64,000 bases of DNA from positions 434,001 to 498,000 of the forward strand of contig JBHGNT010000005.1 in assembly GCA_043228905.1 (NCBI GenBank), given 5' to 3'. The notes under the pieces are model-generated. The model made no database searches. It had not been told where the DNA came from and worked only from the letters and a program-made list of their open reading frames with translations. How positions within the stretch are numbered: the stretch's first letter is position 1; the number at the start of each line of letters is the position of its first letter. Below, piece by piece: positions 26,901-37,900 of the stretch. The position numbers were made by a program, and so were the translations under genes. The stretch is from Azolla caroliniana (taxonomy: Eukaryota > Plantae > Polypodiophyta).

Positions 26901-29255
26901 CATGATTATAAACCACGGCAATTAGAAATGTATGTCAGATGAATCTGAGGGATTTGCACGAGTAATAACCTTTAGGCCATTAAGTTCATTTATACTTTGC
27001 ATAAGGTGGTTCGGTCAACAGGACTTGGGATATTAAACATTCTAGAGTTCTTGTCTATAATATTTTTCTAGCGATAGATACCAATGCAAGATAAAAGGGC
27101 CATAGAATACAGGCTAACAGTAAAACATGAGTGGGGAGGAATTTTCTCATAGGTCAGGTAAGAGATCCCTGTATCTGCAAGTGTCTAGGGCATTCTAACA
27201 GGTGTGCATAATCTAGTGGTGTCTAATCCTTGTTTACATGGTGGACATCATCATTGGGACCTCCCAAAAAGTGCCCATGTCGAAAGTTTAAACTTGAACC
27301 TTCTGTGTTTTTGTCTATGGAGGTGTGCAATTTGTCTCTTAAAATAAAGTCTTCAGTGTCCTCCAATGCTATTCTTGAGCGGGGTTCCTTGATGCAGCCT
27401 GCTTCCACTGATATCAGGATAGGTAACTGATTGTTAGCATGACAATAGCCGTGTGACAAAAGTATTCACATATGTGGGATGTAGTATAAAATGGATGACA
27501 TACAGAAACACCTCGAAACGGCACTCACCTTTGTGATCTGGAGGAAAGGCTATTCATCTTGACAGAAAACTAATCTTCATCTCTAGCTCGCCTGAACTAA
27601 CCAACAAAATCCATTGGTGAAAACCTTGCAAGATAGTTCTGCTAATCTACAAATTACAATGTATCTATGGTCGTAATCTTATGTAGACCGTAAACTGAAA
27701 CCAATATGTCATCATTTCCAAACTGTTGGGGTTATTTCCATATGCCGTATGACTGTAAGGTCTGGTTCAGTGTTCTAATATCAGATATGAAACCAAAACT
27801 TTATGTTATATCTATTGTATCTTAATATTTGGGTTATCGTTATGCTTAAAAATAGTTATTGGATTTCCTTGCCACCTTGTTTATCATATTGTTAAATTTA
27901 AGTCTTAAAATATGATAAATATGTTGTACATGTACTTTTCTGATGATGTCAGGACTTGAGAACTAGTGTAATCTAAGGTTCCACATGTCCACCTTGTTTA
28001 TCATATTGTTAAATTTAAGTCTTAAAAGATAAATATGTTGTACATGTACTTTTCTGATGATGTCAGGACTTGACAACTAGTGTAATCTAAGGTTCCACAT
28101 GTCCACCTTGTTTATCATATTGTTAAATTTAAGTCTTAAAATATGATAAATATGTTGTACATGTACTTTTCTGATGATGTCAGGACTTGAGAATTAGTGT
28201 AATCTAAGGTTCCACATGTCATGGATTAGCAAAACCAAGCATCTACCACAGTTGATGTCCGTCAGATAAGTGCATGTATTGGAGCCTTAGCTTAGATCAT
28301 CCTGAAGATGGTGGATACAAAATGCTTGCCCATCTATTGATGTGTGAGCTCACTCTCTCAAAGCTTCTGAACGTGCAGAACCCCTTGTCAATCTGGCTTC
28401 TATAGGCTTTCATGCTAAGAGGATAGGACCTAGGTAGATATAGGAACCTACAAATTATACCTTACCCTATCCATATGTTTTGTGACTTTAGGTGCCAACG
28501 AATCCTTTGCGAAAGGGAGTAGATCATCAAGGTGCATTACTAGAACCCATGCATTATCTGAAATGAGATACAAAGAATACTGAAGTACCTGAAACCTGTG
28601 CTCATTTGTCCTCTTTTTGCATGTATTATGGAGCACAATAAAAAACTTTGTGATGCATGGATTGTACAATTTCTTAAGTGTTATGAATTTGTCTTTTAAA
28701 AGCAAGAGACTCCATGCTGAATAATCTTTATTTACAGCCCAGTGGAGCTTTGGCTTTCAGGAGGGTTGAGGCAGAAAAGGTGAGATATTTTTCAGCTTTC
28801 CGACTGCTTCCCCATTCTTCCACTGTATAATATATGCTGATATTCTTATTTTGGCAGGTGGAATTCTCAGATCCACGGCTTTCTGATAACTCATATTGGG
28901 CGAAGGTGATACATAGAAGCCAACATAATTCATTATAATGAGTTAATGAGATCTGATTTGTTATTTGTCATTGCTATTTATAGGATGGAGCTGAAGTTGG
29001 GTATGGTGCTAAGGCACAAGAAATTCTTGGGGTGGTTAAAGGAAGGTAATTTCAATGGAAATATGTTTTTTTGTCACTTTAAGAATTTGACTTAGTTTCA
29101 TTTCTTTTTGGAAAATTAGTCTAAAACGTGACTGAATGTTCAGAGATTTTCGGCATGAGAAAACAAAAAAGAAGCGAGGATCGTACAGAGGGGGACTTAT
29201 TGACTTAGAATCTCATTCAATCAAGTTCCAAAATTCTGATGATGATGAGGATTAG
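23914..29255 (+). CDS. Nucleolar LisH + SRP40 C-terminal domain protein (Nopp140/SRP40-like), 9 exons, ~455 aa
   Basis: Exons 23914-24018, 24124-24194, 24403-24460, 24983-25126, 25733-26458, 28738-28779, 28858-28905, 28984-29045, 29144-29255 are in frame (1368 nt). N-terminal LisH-like IVASYLRKHGLTKSLSAFLAE, K/E-rich middle, and SRP40_C AFRRVEAEKVEFSDPRLSDNSYWAKDGAEVGYGAKAQEILGVVKGRDFRHEKTKKKRGSYRGG. Confidence 0.93.
26662..26920. repeat. Diverged ~134 bp tandem duplication in SRP40 intron 5
   Basis: aatg(t/c)tct(a/g)aaggacata...tagtttaat(a/t)ggaaagca(a/g)ata(t/c)tacatatacaaga occurs twice. Confidence 0.75.
27872..28219. repeat. Near-identical ~117 bp tandem repeat, 3 copies
   Basis: Units 27872-27988, 27989-28102 (3-nt deletion) and 28103-28219, each ccaccttgtttatcatattg...ggttccacatgt. 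Confidence 0.95.
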
Positions 29256-30474
29256 GGGGCTTCCATAGTATTCCATTAATACATATGAGATGATATCAAG
29301 ACAAATGAATTTGGTAGCATCCCATCGACAATTCGTGACTATCATTTTATACATCAATTGGATGTGAGGTGTATCATAGATTGTTCTGAATTGGGTTCAT
29401 TTTTGGAAATGCATTGATAATTTCTAGATATTAAGAAATAGTATGGTAATTTCCTTGATATTATGTAGCAGCTTATCCCAATGTGGCTGTAATTTGCCTA
29501 AATATGATTATAAATTTGGGCTAAATGGTTTTCATTTTTGTAAATGTATTGGTAATTTTCTTGATATTAGGAAATAGTGTTCATTATAGTTTTCGAAAAG
29601 CATTTGTAAATTTGACCAAATGTGATTATAATTTTGAACTCGTCACTAAGATTTGAATTTATTTCGACTTTAGTGTAGTGTTTTTTAGTGAGAGTTGTAT
29701 GTAATGTCGCATATGGTTGAGTTTTCCCAGGCTAATCTAGTAATTGTAGTGGTTCCTGGTGTCATGCTGTATGTGCGACTTATGAAACAATGGGAACACT
29801 TGGGGAAGATTAAGTAAAGGAATTTGTCTATAGATTTAATTAGATGTAATTCTGGAAATTTGAGGAAGGGTAGCTTTTGAGTCTACAATGGCTTTGGTTT
29901 TTTCTTTGATCTTTTAGAGAAGGGTAACTCTTGCAGGGGTTAAGTTCTGCAATAACATTAAATGTCTCAAAATTGGATTCCCTCCAATTTTATGAAATTT
30001 CATGGTATGGTATGAAATTGCGAAGGATACAATTGACAAAGATCAATGCATAGAACTAGAATTACGCAAATTTCTCCAATGGGTTTGAGTATTGCTCAAA
30101 AGACTTTAAATGATGTAAGGCTCTTGAGCTTAAAACACAAATGTCAATTGGCTTCTCAAAGTTACTTGATTTATGTTGCAATAAGTTTGTTTAAGAAGGT
30201 TCTAGGGCATGACCCAACCAAACCACTTCATATACACCATATACCTCAAAGGAGTATGCATGAGGTTATGTTGTACCAAGCATTCTACGAACCTAGCGAG
30301 GACTTATCTCCGACAAATAACTAGTCAAGGGTTTTTGTAAGGCATCTTACTGACATTTACCAAGGTATGATTAGTGCAAGGGTACATTGCATATGCTGAG
30401 AAGGCATATATGGATGTCTACATACAGGTGGTGTATGTCACTACCAATATCATAGGAGGGAGATGGAAGTGGAT

Positions 30475-33400
30475 TCAAATTGATCTAGGGAGTTTGGTTG
30501 GTGTTGGGGGCACCCACTTTCCGGTGGTAGACCTTTGGAGACGAGGATAGACAAGAGACTTAGGATTGGGTTTCCTTATCAAATAATTTTGCCCATCATT
30601 CAAACTAGAAAACACATCTTCTCTCCGAAAAGCTTGTGCTGGGAAAGACAAATGAAGCTGCTTCCTTTTACGAGATTTGTTGGTTCTAGAGAAAGTGGGT
30701 GGGCTCCTTATACATCGCCCAATGCCAGGTGAACCTTGAAAAACCATAATTTGACCACAATTTGGAATGACATTCTCACTTGGGCCAGGAATGGCACTTG
30801 TTGATGCCCCATCACTTACTTTCTTGCATTCATCATCTATTAGTTTCTTCACTCTTTTTACATTGCTTTTGGGTGGTGGTGGATCATAGAGGAGATTGGA
30901 ATGCACCTCTAGTGGGCTCTCCTGCCCTTTAGATTTCTTGAAAAATCGTGGGGATAAGCTAGGCGAAAGCCTCTTGCATAGATTAATTTCCTTCTCGTGT
31001 CTGTACTGCTGTTGCTCTATATAGCTCTTTTGTTGCTCCTCTTCCTCCATGATTGCTCTAATCAATGGTGGGATGCCACCAATCTCATGATCAACTTGTT
31101 CAATAATATCTCCAGATTCTTGTTCACCTTGAGTTTGTGAATCATCGTCTTCAGAAGCTTGTCTTTTCTTCTTATGCCTCCGACGAGATCGCTCTTTTAA
31201 TCTCCGATTGCTCACAAAGAGCAAAGATGGGCTCAGCACCCTACCCATTGAAGACTCGCAAATCTCCAGTTGGGTTTTGGTCTCTACACAAGATGGTCCA
31301 GGGGCATTATATGGTTTCAAGGTCTCTTCTATTGAGAATTTCGGCCAACCCAGAGGTGAATGCGTATTTGCATCATGTGGGGATAGCATACTAGATAGTT
31401 CACTTAAACTTGATAAATCGGAGACATCTTTGTAGAGCTTAGCATCTAGTGCTGAAAACCCTTTCTTCTTGAAGACACCTCTCATAGCATAATGCCTGAT
31501 CCAAAGAGAGATGAAGATAATAAGAGGAAACAACACAGCAGCAGGTGTATTGGTCAGTACAAATAGAGCAAAAATGAAGCTAATTTGTGTCGCTGAATAC
31601 ACACACACTGCAATCCTCTCTTGTGATTTTAATTGACTTTTCGTGAGGAAAGTTCTTATGAAGATTATTACACTCCAACTTCCCCAATTCAGGAAAGAAA
31701 GCTGAAACAAAAAAGAAAAAATATCCTTACAATCATGCTTTTCTATGAACTCTCGTTAAAGCTGAAACAAAAAATGCAAGAATTAATACAGAGGATGTTT
31801 TGCTTGCTTTAATGTACTGAAGACAAAAAAAATACCTAAATCAGGTTAAAAAATTTCATTTTTTCTCCACCTGCATCAGGTTTCTGTGGGTTTACTTATA
31901 AAAGATGAAATGAACGATTCCTTAAATCAAGATAGGACATAATTTTTTCCCATTCTAGTGCTTGCCATAGGATTACTTAAACAAAAGTCTCTTAAGAAGA
32001 GTTTGTTTTCCGTATGCATCAGTTTGTCATAGCATTACATACTAAAGGTAAAACTAAAGTACAATCACAATCAGGTTTCAAAAGAAATGTTTTCTGTTCT
32101 ATATGCATCAGTTTGCAAATAGGCTACTTATTGAAGCTGAAGCAATAATTCCTCAATCAAGTTCTCTTTATGTAACAAATTGATTGCTTATATTACCTGC
32201 AATAGTAAACCTATTAGCACAGCACATGGGATTCTGTTGATAACCCATCTCGAGGGAGGTAAGAAAAATGTAACTGAAAGCAGCGCAGCCCCCGTGCTCG
32301 ATATCCTTTGTACTGCTACCCTTTTAACCATCCCTCTTTGCTCCTCCATTTCAGAATGCTCATGATGTTTCAATGTTAGCGCTCTCAGATGGACACATGT
32401 CTGTCCTAAGATACAAATTTTGTTAAGCTAACATACACTTTTCGAACCCCAAAACCATTGTTAGAAACTACTACACATAATTAATCTAATAAGCAAATGA
32501 TTAATGAAATCACACACGTGATATCGGGGTGATCTATGACTTATATGCTAGGAAAGTTATAATATTCATAGGACAGTCTTAACAATTATAATGAAGATGA
32601 TAATGCACAAGGGTAGCTAGCCCTTTTATATATCCACAAATCATAAGTCTATGTCCACATCCAATAGATCTAGCCTTAATAATGTAGTGAGTGTTATGCA
32701 TATGCTCACAATAACTATGTACATGAAGCATGACCCATACCTGATGTGACATACCACATGTAAAAGGCAGACCAAATAGACCACAAAGAAGAGTGAGGAA
32801 AGCCAAAATGCATAGGTCCCATCTCTGGGAGCTCTTGTATCTAATGCTTAATCCAGCCTTGTCCTTAAAAGAAAAACATTAAATAGCTATGAGCATTTAA
32901 TCTGAAGATTTGGAGAATTATTATCTTTATGTTGATTTACCTGCAATCTACCTAAATGATATATACCTGGATAAAGGAAGCCATAGCATTTTGATACACA
33001 AAAATCATTCCTGCCAGTAATATCCCTGGAATGATTGACAGTAGAATTGCCCAAAAGGGTAAGATTCTCAAAGTGATAATGCTTATCCTGGTGGTTTGGT
33101 CTGTGTGGTACACAGGTTCCGGAAGACTGACCTGTACAATGTGGGGTTGAGTCAATCTCGGAAGATGTGAAACCCCTGCAAAAACCACATAACAAAAAAT
33201 AAGGTTTATTATTTGCTCACAATTCATGCAAGAAAACATAATTCCAATATTTCTAGAACATTCTAGAATCTCATTGAAGGAACCAAAAATTTCCTGATGA
33301 TCCAGATCCAGATCTGAAAAGCAAATCTAGAATCTCTCTAGAATGTTCTAATGCATTCTAGAATCTAATGGAAGGTCCAGAAGTTTCCAGAACAGTCAAA

Positions 33401-34511
33401 CTCAGCCACAACATCTCATAGTCACAGATTAATAACGAAACCACTAACCTGTGAAGAGCAACAACACAAACACCATCCCATAGTCAGCCACAGCACTACG
33501 AGCTCGATCAGAGAAAAGACGCCATCTCAGTGCATTGCTTAGAAATGCTGATACAAAGAAAGTCACTGTCGCAAGCCACAATGATAGCAGCGCTGAATCT
33601 AATGTAACAACACTCCCGACAAACAAATGTATCAATTGCTCAAGTGCTGCCCATAGGAAAGTGAGCCTAATGAAGACACATACAACACCCCAGCTGAAAA
33701 GAGTCATGTGTCTTATGATGAGCTTAGATGCATTTGATAGTGCAAGAAGTAACAAGAACAATGAGGCCCATATACCAATCCACCCCATCCATGGAAGAGC
33801 TTCTATTCTGAGATTTTTAGCTGATGTTGAAATTGCCACAATAAAGATGAGACAAGGAGAGCTTGACCCCACGATGAGAAGAGATTGCCCTCCTAGAAAT
33901 TGAAATAAGCTTCCACATACAATATTGGCAATCACAATTTCTACTATCCCCCACTTCTTTTCTGTCTTTTGCTCTAACCATGTGCCTAAAACAAGACACC
34001 ATATGAAGTTTGAGCACAATACGCGAACACATGCTTCTGTAACACCCCATTTTGTTTGCAGAGAAATGCCATCCTTCCACTCTCTACCATATTCTTTAAG
34101 CTTTTGTTTTAGTATGTTTACTGCTGAACCCATGGGCTTTCTAGTTTCCTCTTCTTCGTCTTCATTTTCTCTCTTCCATCTCGAGCTCAAAAACCTATTG
34201 CATTTTTCCAAGCTAGGAAATACTGGTTTCTTGTTCATTGTATTGCCTGATTCTTCTTCTTCTTTGTCCTTGTGTATCCAAGCGTAATCTAATCTTTGTT
34301 GTTTCTCTGATGATTTTTGATGGATGTATACAACGCTCTTATTGAGAGATGGTTCCTCTTCAAAATCCTCTGAATTTGGTGACGTGGATTGTGATTGATG
34401 ATTGGGAGGAAAAGTAGATGCGGTAATCTTTTTCGAGTGGTTCGATCCAAAACTTATATTAATGTTGTCCGATTCAATCTCTCTTTCTTTCATATACATT
34501 GAAGGATCCAT
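30475..34511 (-). CDS. Highly divergent SLC4/HCO3- cotransporter family (BOR/boron transporter-like) membrane protein, 5 exons, ~941 aa
   Basis: Exons 34511-33449, 33175-32967, 32863-32741, 32400-32197, 31701-30475 are in frame (2826 nt). BOR-like motifs: EWKDG, FLGGQSLLIVG, WIGIWA, RSAVADYG, WDLCILAFLTLLCGLFGLP, VQRIS, PAAVLFPLII, LD. Confidence 0.85.
33250..33269. promoter_or_regulatory. Perfect 4-unit heat shock element in intron 1 of the BOR-like gene
   Basis: tTTCtaGAAcaTTCtaGAAt matches alternating nGAAn units. Further TTCTAGAA-type units continue to ~33395. Confidence 0.45.
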
Positions 34512-35795
34512 GCTAAGATACCCAAATCGAGTAATACTAACCAGCTAACTACTACGCCTAACAGAGATTGGATGGCATTGATGGTCTGAACATTCAATCT
34601 CTCTTTCTTTCAGATGCATAGCTTTGTCCATTCTAAACCAACTCAAAGCAGAATTAAACAACTACATGTATAGCAAGACTAATAATATTAATAAATGAAA
34701 AGAAGGGACAAAAGTTTGTCAAATTCAACTCTGATTCGGTTAGAATAAATGGCCCTGCTGATGCGAAACCCCCTAAAATCAAACCATGTTGCAAAGAACT
34801 AACTAGCTAACTACAGAAGGCTATTCATACAAGTAAATGCAGATATGACATTAGGATTTTTTGATTATCTGTCGGATGCATAGCGTTCTCTATGCTTAAA
34901 AAAATCAACCTACCTAGCAAGGAACAAATTATAGTAAATGTTAACTATTAACACAGCTAGATGTAGAGATGGGATTCAAGCGCAAGCAAGATTTCTAGAC
35001 TACTAATAGTATAGTGTTATTTGCAAGCATTGAGGAATGGCGGAGCAAAAGAAAAAGAAGAACCATTTTCTTTAACATGAGCTTTTCTCCAATTTTCCAC
35101 AAGAAGAGATCTCGAAGAAGAAGAAGAAGAAGAAGAAGTTCAAAAAGACATAATACAACTTTCTGCAAAAAACATGTTGGCAGAGTATATGGAGAGGAGA
35201 ATCATGAGCTTTTCTATCACCCAAAAAATAAGGAGTACTATAGTAACCAAACTGCATTGCTATTACCTTTACAATATATATATTAGAGACAAAATCCAGA
35301 GACTGTTACGTTAATTTTTTGTTTTCGGGAACAGAGATCTCTCTGTGTATATATGTGAACCAGACACATATACAGAGAGAGAGAGAGAGGATAGAGATAT
35401 GGAGGTTGTAGCCCTAAAGAAGCAAGCTGTCTCCTCCCATTTCTTCAGAAAGACATCATATCAAGACTTTCCCTAGCTCTATGCTCTGTCTAGAGAGAGA
35501 GAGAGAGAGCAGGAGGAGGAGGAGCAGCGAAATGTGTATTTTTGTGGATCGAATTAATCTTTTGTTGCGTAAGAAACAAGTGTTTATCTTTCTCTGTCCT
35601 TTTCTCTCTCTTTCTCTGTCTCCGCCTTCCAAAACAGAATAATGGCGTAAAAAGTTCCTTCTTTTTCGACAGTGGGAGAGTGAATGAAATATTTACCGTT
35701 CCCCTGAATCTGATCTGTCAGCATCTTTCTCTTCTCTGCAGCTTTCTCTTACAAAAACCCACATGTGAGAGGGAACAGAGCCAGACAGAGTCGGA

Positions 35796-36042
35796 AGTAT
35801 GAACCATACTTTGCATTCGCGCAATAAAAACACCCTCAGCGAATGATAAATATTAAATACCGTACTTTTGATTAAATATTTATTATGAGGTAATTTGGTA
35901 AAAATATGTAAGCCTAATAAATGGAAAAAAAAAAACATTAAAAAATGGGGGGGGAACCACGAATGTTTGAATAGCATTCGCATTCGTTTTCTAACGTATG
36001 AAAACGAATGTTATGCTAGATGAACACGAATTTTATGTACTA
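35796..36042 (-). mobile_element. Short non-autonomous element (MITE-like), copy 2
   Basis: The reverse complement begins tagtacataaaattcgtgttcatctagcataacattcgttttc..., matching 20527 onward. The other end (tatcattc..tgagggtgtttt..gcgaatgc..gtatggt) also matches. Confidence 0.65.
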
Positions 36043-36132
36043 TCTGACATACAGAGAATTAGCTCCTCTTTCTCTCAGTTTTCTTTCTCTTTCTGTCTCT
36101 ATTTTTCGTATTTCTTCTAAATTACCTTACCC

Positions 36133-36182
36133 TAGTGGTAAGATCTTACACTACTACAACTAGGTCTTGGGTTCAAAACCTC
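36133..36182 (+). mobile_element. tRNA-derived SINE-like head
   Basis: A-box-like TAGTGGTAAG and B-box-like GGGTTCAAAACC at tRNA spacing, but no cloverleaf. A similar degenerate head lies on the minus strand at ~43220-43280. Confidence 0.35.
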
Positions 36183-36226
36183 ATTTCCTCACCTCTCAAA
36201 ACGATGGGGTGGGTAGAGCTCTAAGA

Positions 36227-36590
36227 CCATCAATGAGAAAACCCACTTAAAATATCATAATAACGAAGAAAACGATTCCTATTATTGATGCCCAAATTTG
36301 TGATGTAACCATCCAAATGTGGGTAGACCTCTAACTCCATCAATGAGAAAACCCACTTAAAAGGTAAGAAAGAAGATTCCTATTATTGATGCCCAAATTT
36401 GTGATATATAACCATCCAAATAGGCTTATTGCTCTAACACCATCAATGACAACCCACTTAAAAGGTGAGAAAGAAGATTCCTATTATTGATGCCCTTATT
36501 GCTCTAACACCATCAATGACAACCCACTTAAAAGGCGAGAAAGAAGATTCCTATTATTGATGCCCAATTTTGTGATATAACCATCCAAAT
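36227..36590. repeat. Tandem repeat, ~80-110 bp units, 4 copies
   Basis: ccatcaatga..aacccacttaaaa...gattcctattattgatgccc occurs four times. Confidence 0.9.
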
Positions 36591-37900
36591 GGGCTTCGCA
36601 ACCAGGCATGTATGTATTGAACCTATGTATGTCACCTTTGTCAACCATTATACAAAACTAAACATGTCCCATTTCGAAATATGCCTTCATTTTAAAGCCA
36701 TCGCCAAAGGCAACCCATTGACCAAACTTTTACACGAACTCGAAGATGAGAATGTCATCATGCATCCAAAACTTGACACCACCACTTTACATGTCAAGTC
36801 TCGACCGATGTGCCATGTATCCAAAACCTTATTTACTAACGAAGCATGTAGGCCATCAATCAAGCGAACAATTGATGAAGTAATCAATAAATCAGGATAG
36901 TTAAATGGTATCTCGTCTTTCAAAATTGACGTTCTAGTTTGAGTTTGGCAAAGTTAATAAAATACCATATTGCAATCAAGCATTGTAACTTTGCTAAAAT
37001 CTTGTATGCTCGGTTAATAAAGCTCGTGCTTATAATATACTATTGCTTCTTGGATCATACACTATATCTATCTATTGTTTGTGCTCGTTTCTCTCACTTT
37101 TCGTTTCACAAACTCTCCTCATACAAAACCCCGACGGTTCAACACATCAAGCACGAACTTTATGACAATGTGACTTTAACATAGCATCTCCCATAATTAC
37201 CAAACCAAAACTTGCCATTCAATTGAATTATGATTTCAAACTTTCTTTTTCCATCCCAATGTAATATCCTCGAGGCTCTTAACACCTCTATTGCCAATGA
37301 ATTACTATATTTTCTGTACTCAAGGGGTCTCCAACTAAGCAATTTCAAACATCACTGCCAAGAAAGCACTCATTGTTGTACCACAATAGATTCTGATCTC
37401 ACTCAATCACTTGTGTTTCAATTACACCTTGTATTTGGTTGTTCTAGTAAGTTTCGAAAGGCCCACGAGGAACCCCTCCACTAGTTCCTTCCAAAAAGTA
37501 GATTTGCATCATTCTATGGTCACTGTCTACGATCCATTTTAAATGATTGCATAAGGGTCCTCCTCCCACTGGAGTGGTCTACTTATGATCACTTGAAAAT
37601 CTCCCTATGATCAACACAAATGTGTGTGCACAATCCCTTGATGGGACCAATAAGGTTACATCCGTGAGTTGGAGGTCATTCATCATGAAGTTTAGTCATG
37701 AATGACAATGTTATTGTAATTGGATTTCTACATATGGAATCAAAAACCTTTTGTAAACATGGTGCATAAAATTAAGAGGACATGATATACGTTACTTGGT
37801 GTCTAATGTGGTTTGGAATGGATGTTGTTAGGGGGAATCTTTACTCCATAAATGCATGGGGCCCATAAGGACATCGATATTTTGTTAGCGAAATTAATTA
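36590..37900 (-). mobile_element. Heavily decayed Ty1/copia pol remnant (integrase to start of RT)
   Basis: Frameshifted fragments occur in copia order: LQLTDVTLLVPSRDCAHTFVLII (cf. LVHTDV..P.PS.GG..YFVTFID), ILHWDGKR (cf. ELWYGRKP), FGNYGRCYVKV, IVYDPRS, KGDIHRFNTCLVAK (cf. DG.IERYKARLVAK). Confidence 0.5.

Noticed and set aside
27872-28219. Intronic C/D snoRNA cluster or CRISPR-like array in the SRP40 intron
   Set aside because: The units are near-identical end to end with no unique spacers. TGATGA lacks the purine of RUGAUGA and has no properly placed D-box or terminal stem. It is a plain tandem duplication.
31721-31728. ATATCCTT U12-type donor motif
   Set aside because: It lies on the strand opposite the BOR-like gene, and no matching U12 branch site or gene context was found.
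37160-37348. Glycosyltransferase family 8 fragment (ILHWDGKRK resembles HWNGxxKPW)
   Set aside because: Flanking fragments on both sides fit a decayed copia integrase in the correct order, which explains the motif better.
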